From positions 54,452 through 118,451 of the forward strand of contig PDIP01000012.1 of assembly GCA_002811645.1 (NCBI GenBank): 64,000 nucleotides of DNA. The letters are read 5' to 3'. The position numbers and the translations under genes were made by a program. A model generated the notes under the pieces. It made no database searches, was not told where the DNA came from, and worked only from the letters and a program-made list of their open reading frames with translations. The DNA comes from Corallochytrium limacisporum Hawaii (taxonomy: Eukaryota > Protista > Pluriformea). This document shows, piece after piece, positions 19,085-29,773 of this stretch. The first letter of the stretch is position 1. Every line of letters begins with the position of its first letter.

Positions 19085-22000
19085 TTATCCCATCGAGTCT
19101 GTGGGCACTCCCGCAAAGTTCGGTGTCGGATACGAGGGCTTACCGCGGGGGCCTCCAATTACCATCGCGCCCTGCGAGCGGCTATCCAGTAAAGAGACCA
19201 TTTGGGCCGTTCCAGCTGCGCGAATGCCCATTTTCTTGCAGAGGTTGCGCAGGAAGAGCATCATGCGCTCCGCCCTTTCTGCCTTGGGCTTCCAAGCCTG
19301 CCAGTTGTGTTTGGAAGTGAACCAGAAGTTCATGCAAATCTGGTTGGTTTTCGTGTCGAAGCCCGTGACGTACACCAGCGGTCCAGTCTTCCAGTCAAGA
19401 GTCTCTTCTGCGCAGAAGTTGGCGACCTCACGCCGGATTTTGGCGATGTCGTCCTCCGTCGTGTCACCGGCTATGTAGAAATCAATCTCCTCGGCCATGT
19501 TGTTGGATCGGCGCAGGTTGGTGACGATCTTACTCTGGAGCTGGGAGTTGCGATAGTAAATTATATCACCGCGAGTCCTGCGCATGGTTGTTGTGAGCAG
19601 GTTGATCTCCTGGACGAAGTACATCGTGCCGTCAATTTGGAGACGATCGCCAATGTCATAGGGATGGATACCCAGAACAAACACGACACCCTCAAAGTAG
19701 TCTTTCAAAGTGTTGCCAAAGATGAACGCGTAGGTGACCACGAGTGCGGACAGGGCTACAAACATGGGAGCCGGATCAACACCCACAATGATCAGGATGG
19801 CAACAAAGCAGAAGAACCCGCTGACGCTGTTTAGGAACGTGCTCATCGTCTTGGTCAAGGAATCACTAGACAAAATTGACTCTTGCGTTCCCTTACGCTC
19901 CATTATCCATTCCGCAATAAGCGCCCGCCATTCGGAGAAAGTAAAGCCTGCAGTGCTGTCCACCGACACGCTAGACTGAGCTTTCGAGCCGGCAGTAGTG
20001 TTATTGAGCATGCTGAACAGATACCACACCGATCCGGGTTCCAGGAAGTGGGCCATATGTGCGGGCATGAGCTTAACGTGCTCTAGTTCAGTGGGCCAGC
20101 CCTTGCTATTATCCGCGCGGTGCAGGTAGCCTGTGGCATTGGCAAACTGAAGCTTGGCTAGGCGAGAGGCAAAGTCGTGCAGTGACTCATTGGTCAAGTT
20201 GTCCTCGCCAGTGATCCAGGCTCGGCGTAGATCGTAGACTATGTCCATGAGTTCAATAGAGCCGCTACCAATATCTTCAATGTTCCAGCGGGGATCACGA
20301 GCGCCACGCATCAGTTTGAAAGCTGCGGGGACGTAGCCCAACAATTCTTCCTCGGTCAGTTCGTCAGGATACAGCTGTCTGACCTCTTCGACGTTGGGCC
20401 GGGAGGTGCGCAGACCTGTGGTAACCGGGAGGGTGATGTCACGGCCCTCCTTGCTCTTCTTCTCACCAACAGAGCCTGGGTTGACCACCACAGGAACAGG
20501 GATTACGCCGAATTCGCGCGTACCCCCCTCATTGTGGGTCTGACTCCCGACCATCAGGCTTACAGTGCGCTGGTTGGGATCCTGAAGAGTTAGGTCCAGG
20601 GGTACGCTGGCTGGAACGGCCCCGGCTACAGCCGCACCTCCAGCAGCGGCCTCTACATCGGCCTCCTCACCATTGAGCAGGGGGTCGTCTCCGTTACGGT
20701 AGACCATGTACTGTCCCACGGTCCGGCCGAATGTAGACAGGCGAGGATGCTCATTAGCACTTTTAGTACTCCGCAAGACTCGGAGGCTACCCGTAATCTT
20801 CTTGCCATCGGCACGGGTCTCCTGCTCGTCGTCGGAGTCGTCCGTGTCGCAAGAGCTAGGGTCCTCTTCGACGTTCAGCATTTCTGCAGCGCGTTCGCGG
20901 ACGCCTACATTGAGGGCCCCTGTTGTGTGGCGTGGCAGGGAGTCTGGCCGCGCGGAGGGCGAGGTTGGCTGTGATGGCTGCCTTGTATCGGGGTCCTCTT
21001 CCAGAATAGAAGGCATGGGGGCTCCGGGGGGCATGGATGCTCTCATACCTGGCCCTGCTTTCGTTGCCTCCACAATCTTCTCTACTTCACTGTCACTCTT
21101 CTGACGCTTTCTCTGCTCCCGTGCCTCATGGGCTCGCAGCATTTTGCGCAATCTATCGTCCATATCCGCACGCGGAATAGACATTATCTCTGCCATCTTC
21201 GCTAGCGTGGCCACACGCACGAGTCTTTGGCGGTAGAATGTCGAATTGTAGAGGTTCACTGTCAGGGATACACTTGTGAGCTCCTTGAGGATCTGGATCA
21301 CAGCCACGGTGATAATTGACGCGGCCGTGTTGGTGTAGATATTCTCAGATCGATCACTGAGAGCATTGGGGTACTTCGTTCGGTTCGAATATAATGCCTC
21401 GACCAACACCAAAGAAAGAATGCCAGAGAACATAAGAGATGACGGCAAGATGAACAGATCGCTGAACAAACGTTGCAGCTTGCGTACAGGGCCGTACACC
21501 TTCATAACGGCAACGAGTAAGTATATCACCAAGTAAAAGATCGACAGGAAAGCGAAGAAGCCAACAATAATAGCGGTATCTGCCGAAATGTGGTTAAAAA
21601 TCCAAAGGAGGAGGAACATGATCCACAGACCAATGGACAGGGTACTAAGATAAATGAGCTTTCGCACAGCTTGCGAACGAGTCAAGTACCACCGCATTAT
21701 TCTGAAACGCAACCAGTTGAATCCACGCACGATTTTCCAGCTCCTCCATCCACCGATGACGTGAATATTCTTTAGGTATTTCTTCCATTCCTTCTCCATG
21801 CTCTTGCGTACATAAGCAGCGTGGGGATCGTAAATACGAAAATCATCAAATGCTTTGTAGTGGACGTCCAGGTTGTAGGCATTCATCTTCGCCAGCGATG
21901 ACAAGTTACGAACCGATGGGTCTTCCATCCGGCCATCGAACTTCTTGGCTTCCTTTCGCTGCCAGTCCTTAAAGCCAGCCCAAGAATCCCGAGTCTTTTT

Positions 22001-22258
22001 CCCGGCCACTTCAAAGGCATATGCTGTCTTTTTGTTGGCTTGGTCTAGGCTCTCCCGAAATTTCATTTTCTTCTGTTTGCTTGTCTCCACCTCTTCGTAT
22101 GATATGTCGTCTGCCGAACTTGACCCGTCGTCTTGGTCAATGTAGTTTGTGTCAGATTTACGGGCGTGTTCCGGGCCCTCGGAGGTGGACGGCTGTGACC
22201 CTTCGTCTTTTTGATCCGAGACCGGCATATCACCGCTATCCCTTTGCGGATCGACCAT
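19085..22258 (-). CDS. MscS-like mechanosensitive channel (plant MSL / fission yeast Msy type)
   Basis: N-terminal TM helices. MscS core FIFGNTLKDYFEGVVFVLGIHPYDIGDRLQIDG...INLLTT...NLRRS. First ATG is at 22258 (the ORF track starts at TTG 22321). Confidence 0.88.
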   Translation of the reverse strand: MVDPQRDSGDMPVSDQKDEGSQPSTSEGPEHARKSDTNYIDQDDGSSSADDISYEEVETSKQKKMKFRESLDQANKKTAYAFEVAGKKTRDSWAGFKDWQRKEAKKFDGRMEDPSVRNLSSLAKMNAYNLDVHYKAFDDFRIYDPHAAYVRKSMEKEWKKYLKNIHVIGGWRSWKIVRGFNWLRFRIMRWYLTRSQAVRKLIYLSTLSIGLWIMFLLLWIFNHISADTAIIVGFFAFLSIFYLVIYLLVAVMKVYGPVRKLQRLFSDLFILPSSLMFSGILSLVLVEALYSNRTKYPNALSDRSENIYTNTAASIITVAVIQILKELTSVSLTVNLYNSTFYRQRLVRVATLAKMAEIMSIPRADMDDRLRKMLRAHEAREQRKRQKSDSEVEKIVEATKAGPGMRASMPPGAPMPSILEEDPDTRQPSQPTSPSARPDSLPRHTTGALNVGVRERAAEMLNVEEDPSSCDTDDSDDEQETRADGKKITGSLRVLRSTKSANEHPRLSTFGRTVGQYMVYRNGDDPLLNGEEADVEAAAGGAAVAGAVPASVPLDLTLQDPNQRTVSLMVGSQTHNEGGTREFGVIPVPVVVNPGSVGEKKSKEGRDITLPVTTGLRTSRPNVEEVRQLYPDELTEEELLGYVPAAFKLMRGARDPRWNIEDIGSGSIELMDIVYDLRRAWITGEDNLTNESLHDFASRLAKLQFANATGYLHRADNSKGWPTELEHVKLMPAHMAHFLEPGSVWYLFSMLNNTTAGSKAQSSVSVDSTAGFTFSEWRALIAEWIMERKGTQESILSSDSLTKTMSTFLNSVSGFFCFVAILIIVGVDPAPMFVALSALVVTYAFIFGNTLKDYFEGVVFVLGIHPYDIGDRLQIDGTMYFVQEINLLTTTMRRTRGDIIYYRNSQLQSKIVTNLRRSNNMAEEIDFYIAGDTTEDDIAKIRREVANFCAEETLDWKTGPLVYVTGFDTKTNQICMNFWFTSKHNWQAWKPKAERAERMMLFLRNLCKKMGIRAAGTAQMVSLLDSRSQGAMVIGGPRGKPSYPTPNFAGVPTDSMG

Positions 22259-22740
22259 ACTTGCCACTGTCTCGCAAAGTGTCCCAATACACTGACTAAA
22301 ATGTTCAGATGTTCGGTTCAATTATGAATACCAACTTAGTGTCTGATGAAGTTACGCCACCTTGGTCCTTTGGATGTTCTATTATTTTCCTGGCACCCAG
22401 GTGTTCATTCCTTCACGCTCGCCACGAGCGGCATAGTGTTCTCTCCAATGGAATCTCTCACAGAATACAGATTCCCACATTTCCTACATACCTCAGCACC
22501 ACACTCGACAAAAATGGAAAGCATGTGTCTGGGCTTAATTGAAGTGGATAGCGATCGCGGTCCGAGCTGATCGGTGTATGTCACTGGGTTACCCTTACCC
22601 CCAACACTGGCAACGCGCCTCCAATGTTTCGATTTGTGGCTACTCCCAGGTCTGGCATCTCCCAAAGGAGCTCTGCACCTAGGTCATAATGAGTATACTA
22701 TTGTTCAGCGGTATGCGGGACCTCTGCCGATAAGGCGAAA

Positions 22741-22800
22741 TTTTGACAAGCGACTCGGCCAAGGCTTTTGACAGGCGACTCGGCCAAAGCTTTTGCCGAG
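22741..22800. repeat. 25-bp imperfect tandem repeat (2 copies plus a partial) ending in a hairpin
   Basis: TTTTGACAAGCGACTCGGCCAAGGC, then TTTTGACAGGCGACTCGGCCAAAGC, then TTTTGCCGAG. CTCGGC...GCCGAG form inverted arms. Confidence 0.8.
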
Positions 22801-24007
22801 GCAGGCCCCTCCATGGGCGACAAGGTCCAGCCCCCGCGCGCCTGCGTTTTGCCGTACCAGATTGGTCGTTAGTTCACATTGTGAAGAGATTCAAGGATTT
22901 GCAACAAGCCCCAAGAGGAAGAAGAGAGTAGCGACGAAAGGGAACTGGAAACGGGTCCTGTACAGAGAACGTACGGAAGTCGTTCGTCTGCCCATCAACA
23001 CAAACCCACTTGGCGGCTACGGAAGAAAATTCGGAATCTGATCGATACAACCAACTGCACAGTTAGGAATAGATAGATGCTGTGGGGTTTATCTGCATTC
23101 TACGGTCTCTCTCCTCCGCCGAAGACCTGATAACGCGGGGCCAGAGATCGGCCGCGCCCCAATTCCGATGGCTGCAGTGGCACCGAGGTGGGAATTAAAA
23201 CGGAAGAAAGAGAATGTAAATTTGACCTATTTAAGTGCTGGCGGAGAAAGCAGGGGCGGGAATAAGATTGTCGGGGGACGTCAGTGACTCAATTCACGCC
23301 GCTAACTTTCACATGGTGACCCGGGTGTATTGGGAGCTCATTCTAGCTGCTTCTTCCTCCAATCTCGACATCTAATTAGAAAGACGACCTCGATATTTCA
23401 TCGTTCAGGATATCTGCTGCGCACTGCTTTTTCAAACCATGAAACCATGCGCACGGATGCTCCAACGAGGATTCGCTTTCCCCAGCTTGCTGCTCGGGGC
23501 TGACGGACAGTAGGATTAGAGCACAGACCAGCCACTGTTTTTGCTGCTGGGTCCATCCACACTATGGCAACAGTACTTCTTCTCCAACCCTGTGCGGCTG
23601 ACCTCCTTTGGCATTGCTACTGACTCTTCCTTTTCCCCCTCCCTTCTCCTCTTTGGCCTCCGAAAGGGAGTCCTTTTTTTCGTCAACCCATACGACATAC
23701 GGAAGAGTTTTAATTTGACTGTTGTGCTTGACTCGTCCATATCTCTTCGTATGCTGGCTGTGGGTGGTTTCACCTCTCGTGGGTCTCACTCCGTCACCAA
23801 CCAGCCACTTCTGCGCTCGTTCACGGCGTTCGGTCGATCCGAGCTCTCTGGATCCCACTATCGCTGAGCCCACAGGTACAACAAGGACACCACTCTAGCA
23901 GGATATCACCTGTAATGTTGCGATAAGACAGCGGGAGTCCTGGTGATCTTCAAACGTGTTCTTAGTCGAACGAAGAGAACCTGCAATTTGAACCAAACCT
24001 AGCAACC

Positions 24008-25777
24008 ATGGGTCTGTATCTGCGAGCGTTCCTGGGCATAGTGCTCTCTTTGGTCGGGCTTCTGGTCTACCAAATCGTGTTTCAGTTTCACATAGCCAAC
24101 ATGCTCGTGTACGGAGCGGAACACGGATCTTGGCGGTGCGAGCGCATTCTCGAAGAGTGGAAGGGTGTTGAAGACCTTACTTTGGTGGCTAGCCGCCCCG
24201 AGAAATATGCTGTCTTTTCCGCCAGTGATAGGCACGCCTTTAGTTTGCCCATGGACCAGATCAATGACGACGCTTCCGTACGTGCTGCCGCCAAGAGTGG
24301 AGTGATGGTTCTGAACCTAGAGACTATGGAGACCAAACCGCTAGAATTGGTTCGATACAAGGGTGACATCAAGGTCCACCTGCACCCTATTGGCCTGGAC
24401 ACAATCGCGTACACCTCTCCCAGCGGATCAGTAACTGATGTTGTCTGGATCATTACTGATGTGGGCTCTGAGCTCGTGATTGCCGAGGTCAGCGATTGGA
24501 GTACACCGGGAAAGGTCGAGGCCCGCGTCATGCATCAATTGCGCGCGCCTGGAGAATTGGAGCGGATGAACAGCGTCGAGGCTCTCGGCAATTGTGCTGC
24601 TATCGTTAGTCGGGACCACCGTTTTGGTCGGGACGAACCAATGCCTCGGTTGGCAGAGACCCTCATGCAGAGGGAGGAATCGGACGTAATCTTAGTTGAT
24701 CACTGCAACCAGGACCGTTTTGGGAGCTCTCGTGGACCGCCCAAGATTCATGTCCTAGCGGATGCTATTGCTTTCCCCAATGGCCTGACCTTGCTGGACA
24801 ATCCGTACCCGGAGTCTCGCAATCAGTGGCCTACCATTCTAGCAGTTTCCTCCACCACGCGCTCCAAAATCCTTCTCTTCGGCGTCAGTCCGGGTGTCCA
24901 AGAGCTCTACAAATCTGCAACTGTTGAAGAAGGCAAACAGGACCCCGACAAATTCGTGGGTCTTTCCAATGTGCGCATTAGTGAAGATGCGCTCCGCACC
25001 TTCCACACAGGCACTGCGGTGCCTGACAACCTCTTCTTGGCTCCCAACGGACGTGATATTGTTGTCGGCTTGCACGTCTCCCCTGTGTCCTTCCTGCTCT
25101 ATGCGGGCAAGTCCGTGAGTCACAGCCCGGGAGAGGTGGCCCTGTTGGATCTTCAAACGGGAGGACTGGACACGCTTGTGCAGACCAGTGGGGCGCTGAT
25201 GAGCAGCATCAGTGGCGGCGTCCCGACCTTCAATGGTCAGATCCTCTCCGGCTCTGTATTTGACTCTGGCGTGGCTATCTGTGATTTCGCAGATGTGCTG
25301 CTGAAAGATAAGGTCGCAGTAGAGGCTGAGTTCACGCGCCGCACGGGTCGTACCCTGGGCTCTGAAGCACCGCCGTCGAAAACTATGGAGCAGACGACGT
25401 CAACGTTGATCCATGACCACAACACAGCAGCTGGAAACCGCCCGACTGCAACCCACACGCCAATGGGAACGGACGTGAAGACTACTCCAGACTCTCCGAA
25501 CAGTACAGTCGAGACGGTAAAGACTGAGTCAACAACCGGTACAGTCACAGCTACGCCCACCGTGCTGGCAGGAGAAAAGGACAACCACAGAACAACATCG
25601 TCCACCGCGACCATGGCCTCTACAACCCTAACAACCTCAAGCACGCGAAAGATAAAGACAGAAGAAAAGACCGCAGCTACTGTCGAAAGAGAGTGGGCTA
25701 CTGCAACCCCCAGGACAACGCAGACCGGGAAGTCGGAGACAGGTGCTGATGGCGTCGGGAAGGGGAAGAAGGCGTAA
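24008..25777 (+). CDS. paraoxonase/arylesterase-like six-bladed beta-propeller with an N-terminal anchor and a Thr-rich C-terminal tail
   Basis: N-terminal hydrophobic helix. CxxI...GVEDL, MNSV, FPNGL, VPDNL, VGLH and ILSGSVF match the PON blade motifs. Confidence 0.75.
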   Translation: MGLYLRAFLGIVLSLVGLLVYQIVFQFHIANMLVYGAEHGSWRCERILEEWKGVEDLTLVASRPEKYAVFSASDRHAFSLPMDQINDDASVRAAAKSGVMVLNLETMETKPLELVRYKGDIKVHLHPIGLDTIAYTSPSGSVTDVVWIITDVGSELVIAEVSDWSTPGKVEARVMHQLRAPGELERMNSVEALGNCAAIVSRDHRFGRDEPMPRLAETLMQREESDVILVDHCNQDRFGSSRGPPKIHVLADAIAFPNGLTLLDNPYPESRNQWPTILAVSSTTRSKILLFGVSPGVQELYKSATVEEGKQDPDKFVGLSNVRISEDALRTFHTGTAVPDNLFLAPNGRDIVVGLHVSPVSFLLYAGKSVSHSPGEVALLDLQTGGLDTLVQTSGALMSSISGGVPTFNGQILSGSVFDSGVAICDFADVLLKDKVAVEAEFTRRTGRTLGSEAPPSKTMEQTTSTLIHDHNTAAGNRPTATHTPMGTDVKTTPDSPNSTVETVKTESTTGTVTATPTVLAGEKDNHRTTSSTATMASTTLTTSSTRKIKTEEKTAATVEREWATATPRTTQTGKSETGADGVGKGKKA

Positions 25778-25932
25778 GAAACGTGGGTGCCCCAAACACA
25801 GATATCTTGGTTTTATGAATTATGGAGTTGAAAGTAAAGTTATTGTTTCTATATTTCGAACATAAATATCCAAATAGTTGATAGGTTTTGGTTGGAAGGA
25901 ATAGCAATGGTGGATCTTACAATATTTTGTGT

Positions 25933-27771
25933 TCACATCGTGTAGAAATCCTCCTCCTCACGGGCCCAGGCCCACCAGAGCTCCCGATTAGGTTCATGAC
26001 CTAAGCTTTGCTGTGCATAAAAGTCTGGGACATAGGGCAGGTCCGGGGCTGCGCGCAGTTCAAATATGTGGTCACCCGGTTGCGGACTGACGAGTTCGTG
26101 GAGAGTTGGACTCATGAGGGCCGATTCGTCGTCGTTGTCGCTGTGCATCTTCATCGACTGCTGTCGTGACTGTTGACGGACTTTTCGACGAGCATGCACT
26201 GCCATGCTCACTGTAATATGCGTATCGCCGAGAGTGTCCATTACAGTAGCGGCCTGCAGAAACGGTTCACATAGAATAAACCCGTCTCTCGTCTCCAGGG
26301 TGGAGCATGGGGACTCACCGTCCCGCAGACCACGGCCATCAAAGAGCTGCATGAGCCAGGCCCATCGCATGAAGGACCTGAGCTCCGGATATGCAGTACC
26401 CGACATAAAGGCCGGAGCCGTGTTCTTTTTGACATATCGACGAGACGAGGGCCTATCGTTGACTCGATGGGGCCGAGATGGGGACACTGACTGCGACTGT
26501 GACTGCGACATATTCCCTTCCGTCCCCAAGCTCGGCTTCTGCACGCGCGCAAAACGCAGAAGCGCCGCTTTGCAAAATGCCGCAACGCGACTCGCCCCGC
26601 GTGCCTCAAATAGAGGGAACCCGTGGCTGACGATCTCATCTGCGAAGCCCTGGAACTCGGTGCGGGTCCGAAGGTCACGTAGCGTCTCTTGCAAAGGGTA
26701 CATAATCTTCTCAATGACCCAATGGTGCGTCTGAAAAGGCAGCAACGGCACAACCAGTAACGGACACAGTTTCAGACGCAGGTAGACGTCTGCAAGACCA
26801 TTCGGGCTGCGACTGCCAAACTCATGTGCAAGGTCAACGTGTCTGCCGTCGACGTCGAGAACATAGAAGGGTACCGTCGTCCTGCGCTGACAGAGCCATG
26901 CGAACAAACACACATTCGGGCCGGTATGCTGACTTTGGACCATGGCATCCCTATCGTCTCCTTCATCCTTGTTGTCTTTGTTGGATACCAAGTTTGATGA
27001 TGGTGATGGAGAGGCTCCTGCCATGTACGCTGGCGGCTCACTCCGCACCGAAGGAACTCCACCCAAATCAATTGCACTCTCACCGTACTTCAGTTTAAAA
27101 GCAACTACAGCAATGCCAAGTTCCCGTAGGCGCTCCATAATATCGTCCAGGGCGTCCAGCTGATCATATACTCTCTGTCCAGTGTGAAACATGTTCTTGC
27201 CCGTCTTGAGCACCACCCTTAGAGTTGCTTTCTGATCTACAGCATATCGTTTCCGCGCTACTGTGAGCTCGTGGTGGAGCACATCGCTGTGTTCCAAGCG
27301 TCGGCTTAGAGCACCGACGATCAGCGTCACGCAATGCTCTGTGAGGTACTCTCGTGTCCAAAGATCCGGCGGCGTGGACAATCTGCCAGCAGCACTACTG
27401 CCACTGCGAGAGCCTCTGCCGGCCACCGTCGTGCGAGGGGATCGAGGCCTTCCTGGAGCAAAAGATCGGCGTACACCCCCGCTGTTGGCGACAAGGTCCC
27501 GACTTCGCGTCTTGGGCCACTGTGTCAGTGACAATGTTCCAACCGGTGACGGAAGGTCGTAGACATAGGGTGGTTTGCGCAGGGCCAAGTGAGTGGCACG
27601 GATCAGCTCGACATACGAATCCTGGTCAAGCAGTGCAACTATTATTGCTATTTCATGCGGTCCGAGGACAGCCAACGATCCGAGGCATTCTGAAATATGA
27701 TATGGTTGTGACTGGTTTGTTTGACTACTTCCAACCCGCAATTCCAAGGATTCCAGTCCGTAGCTGGCCAT
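25933..27771 (-). CDS. hypothetical protein (612 aa), no recognised domain
   Basis: Long ATG-initiated ORF filling the space between neighbouring genes, with an AT-rich 3' flank. Confidence 0.7.
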   Translation of the reverse strand: MASYGLESLELRVGSSQTNQSQPYHISECLGSLAVLGPHEIAIIVALLDQDSYVELIRATHLALRKPPYVYDLPSPVGTLSLTQWPKTRSRDLVANSGGVRRSFAPGRPRSPRTTVAGRGSRSGSSAAGRLSTPPDLWTREYLTEHCVTLIVGALSRRLEHSDVLHHELTVARKRYAVDQKATLRVVLKTGKNMFHTGQRVYDQLDALDDIMERLRELGIAVVAFKLKYGESAIDLGGVPSVRSEPPAYMAGASPSPSSNLVSNKDNKDEGDDRDAMVQSQHTGPNVCLFAWLCQRRTTVPFYVLDVDGRHVDLAHEFGSRSPNGLADVYLRLKLCPLLVVPLLPFQTHHWVIEKIMYPLQETLRDLRTRTEFQGFADEIVSHGFPLFEARGASRVAAFCKAALLRFARVQKPSLGTEGNMSQSQSQSVSPSRPHRVNDRPSSRRYVKKNTAPAFMSGTAYPELRSFMRWAWLMQLFDGRGLRDGESPCSTLETRDGFILCEPFLQAATVMDTLGDTHITVSMAVHARRKVRQQSRQQSMKMHSDNDDESALMSPTLHELVSPQPGDHIFELRAAPDLPYVPDFYAQQSLGHEPNRELWWAWAREEEDFYTM

Positions 27772-28866
27772 CGTCTTTAAAATTGCACAAAATTATCCGA
27801 CTTTCCTTCTTTAAATTCTTTACGGGGAATTAGATTTCTCTAGAATTGGTTTGCTGACACCTGTCCCTGAACTCAGGTGCCTCCAAGTAGCGCCATGGTT
27901 CTTGTTCCTATTGTGGCTCGCTCCCTGTTCTTTCTTTCTCTTCCTTACTTTCCGAGTTTTCGCTCGATTAAACCGATCTTCTCTCACTCCACCATCAGCC
28001 GCTTTTCAAATAGCACACCTGATCACCGTCGAGTGCGAACACCTCAGTCTCTGCGACCCGTGGAAACAAACGACCTCAGCCCTACTCAAGAGGGACCGCT
28101 CTACCACGGACGAGGGGATGTGCCAAACCTCAACCCCATTCAACAGCGCTTGGGGGGTGCAAACCTGGTGCCCCCAGGGCACTTGCTCACACCTGGGGCA
28201 AGCGGGGAAACCACCGGGAGGGATTCCCCGTCGGGGACATCGGGGAAGAAAGGGAGGGGAAGGGCATGCGAGGGTCCCCACTTCCTGTGCCCAGAGTTTT
28301 CATTGTCCCGTGCCTCTGCTGCTCTGACACACAAAGGCGACGAGGGGAGGCAAGAATGGTAGGAGTGGGGAGATTTAGAGTGAAGAATTTGCCACCTGCG
28401 CGGTGAAATGAATGGGAAGGTTGTACTCCTCCCATTCCACTATGGAGAAGGTGGGTTCTCACAAACTAAAATGCTGGCAGGATCCGCACGGAAAAAGTGC
28501 ACGGGCTGTGTCACACCCGTGGGCTCTGAGCAAATTAGATGGATGTGTGCAGCATCTGCTCCTGTTGAAGAGTGACACCTGTGGCCAAAGGTACTTTGGA
28601 GGTTCCGAACAAACTTAGGACTAGAACGCCACTTGCTTTCGAAAAGTAGGTCTAAAGTCACATTGAGGAAACAAGTGGATCACAGGCATATGGCTTATAG
28701 GGCGAAGTAAACTGTGATGCGGCGTTCGTAGAAACATGTGATGAACGTACTAGACATGCGAATTTTAGTGAGCACGACAAACAAATAAACAAACAGCAAG
28801 CAAAAGGACACACACACACGGTGGCAACACAAGGGAAAGATAAACACATTACGAAGCACTAGAGAA

Positions 28867-29652
28867 ATGGTACGTATCTGCACAGTATTGTGCTACAAGC
28901 ATCTGAAGGGCCTATCCCATCCCGTTGGCAAAGCCACTCAGACTTACCCAGGCCAATTGAATACAGGCGTCTTGGAGCGCCTGTCTCTAGCTGTCTCTTC
29001 TGCGCTGACGGCGATCCAGAACCCATTGCGTCAGGACGCGGTCGCAGTGCTTGGTGAGGTGACCGGGGACTACGCTCTCGACACGTGTCGCAATCGGATG
29101 CTCGAGACGGATGAAGGCACTCGGATCCTGAAAGATCGGCCCCTAATCACTAGCGAGAGCATGGATCTGCCACGTCTCCGGAATCTGCCCTCCAATACTC
29201 TAGGTCGGGCCTATGTCAATTGGCTGGATAACGAGGGGGTTAGTCCGGACACACGCTGCGCGGTGCGTTATGTGGCCGACCCTGAGCTCGCCTATGTCAT
29301 GCGCCGATATCGGGAGACTCATGACATGGTTCATGTCCTGCTTGGTCTGCCCACTTCAGTCGCAGCTGAGCTGGCGATTAAATGGTTCGAACTGGCACAA
29401 ACGCAGTTGCCAATGACTGGACTAGCTGGGGTTTTTGGGCCGTTGCGTCTGTGGGCGGACGGTGACACAGATGAACTCTACAAATTGCGCACTATCTATG
29501 TGCCATGGGCTCTGGAAGCGGCCAAGACCGCGTCCTTCTTGCCCGCTGTGTATTTTGAGGAGCGTTTGGAGCAGGATTTACAAGAATTGCGCGCAGAATT
29601 GGGCATTCCCCCTGCACCTCCCATCGATGATGACGAGAATATCAATAACTAG
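28867..29652 (+). CDS. COQ4: ubiquinone biosynthesis protein Coq4
   Basis: NPLRQDAVAVLGEVTG, GTRILKDRPLI, LPSNTLG, RYRETHDMVH (HDxxH) and ELAIKWFE..QT.LPM. Confidence 0.97.
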   Translation: MVRICTVLCYKHLKGLSHPVGKATQTYPGQLNTGVLERLSLAVSSALTAIQNPLRQDAVAVLGEVTGDYALDTCRNRMLETDEGTRILKDRPLITSESMDLPRLRNLPSNTLGRAYVNWLDNEGVSPDTRCAVRYVADPELAYVMRRYRETHDMVHVLLGLPTSVAAELAIKWFELAQTQLPMTGLAGVFGPLRLWADGDTDELYKLRTIYVPWALEAAKTASFLPAVYFEERLEQDLQELRAELGIPPAPPIDDDENINN

Positions 29653-29773
29653 TGAGTAGGTAAAGAGAGTCCATGATTCTTGACAATATAAATGCTAGAC
29701 GTTATAGATGATATTTCTTTAGCTCAAAAGTCTGAAATGCATCACCGGTCTGCGATGATGAGGATCCATGTCT

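Noticed and set aside
22741-22800. Direct repeats as a CRISPR array
   Set aside because: Only two contiguous copies, no spacers, no cas genes, and a eukaryotic context.
28737-28743. GTGATGA as a box C of a C/D snoRNA
   Set aside because: No suitably placed CTGA box D or terminal stem before the COQ4 start.
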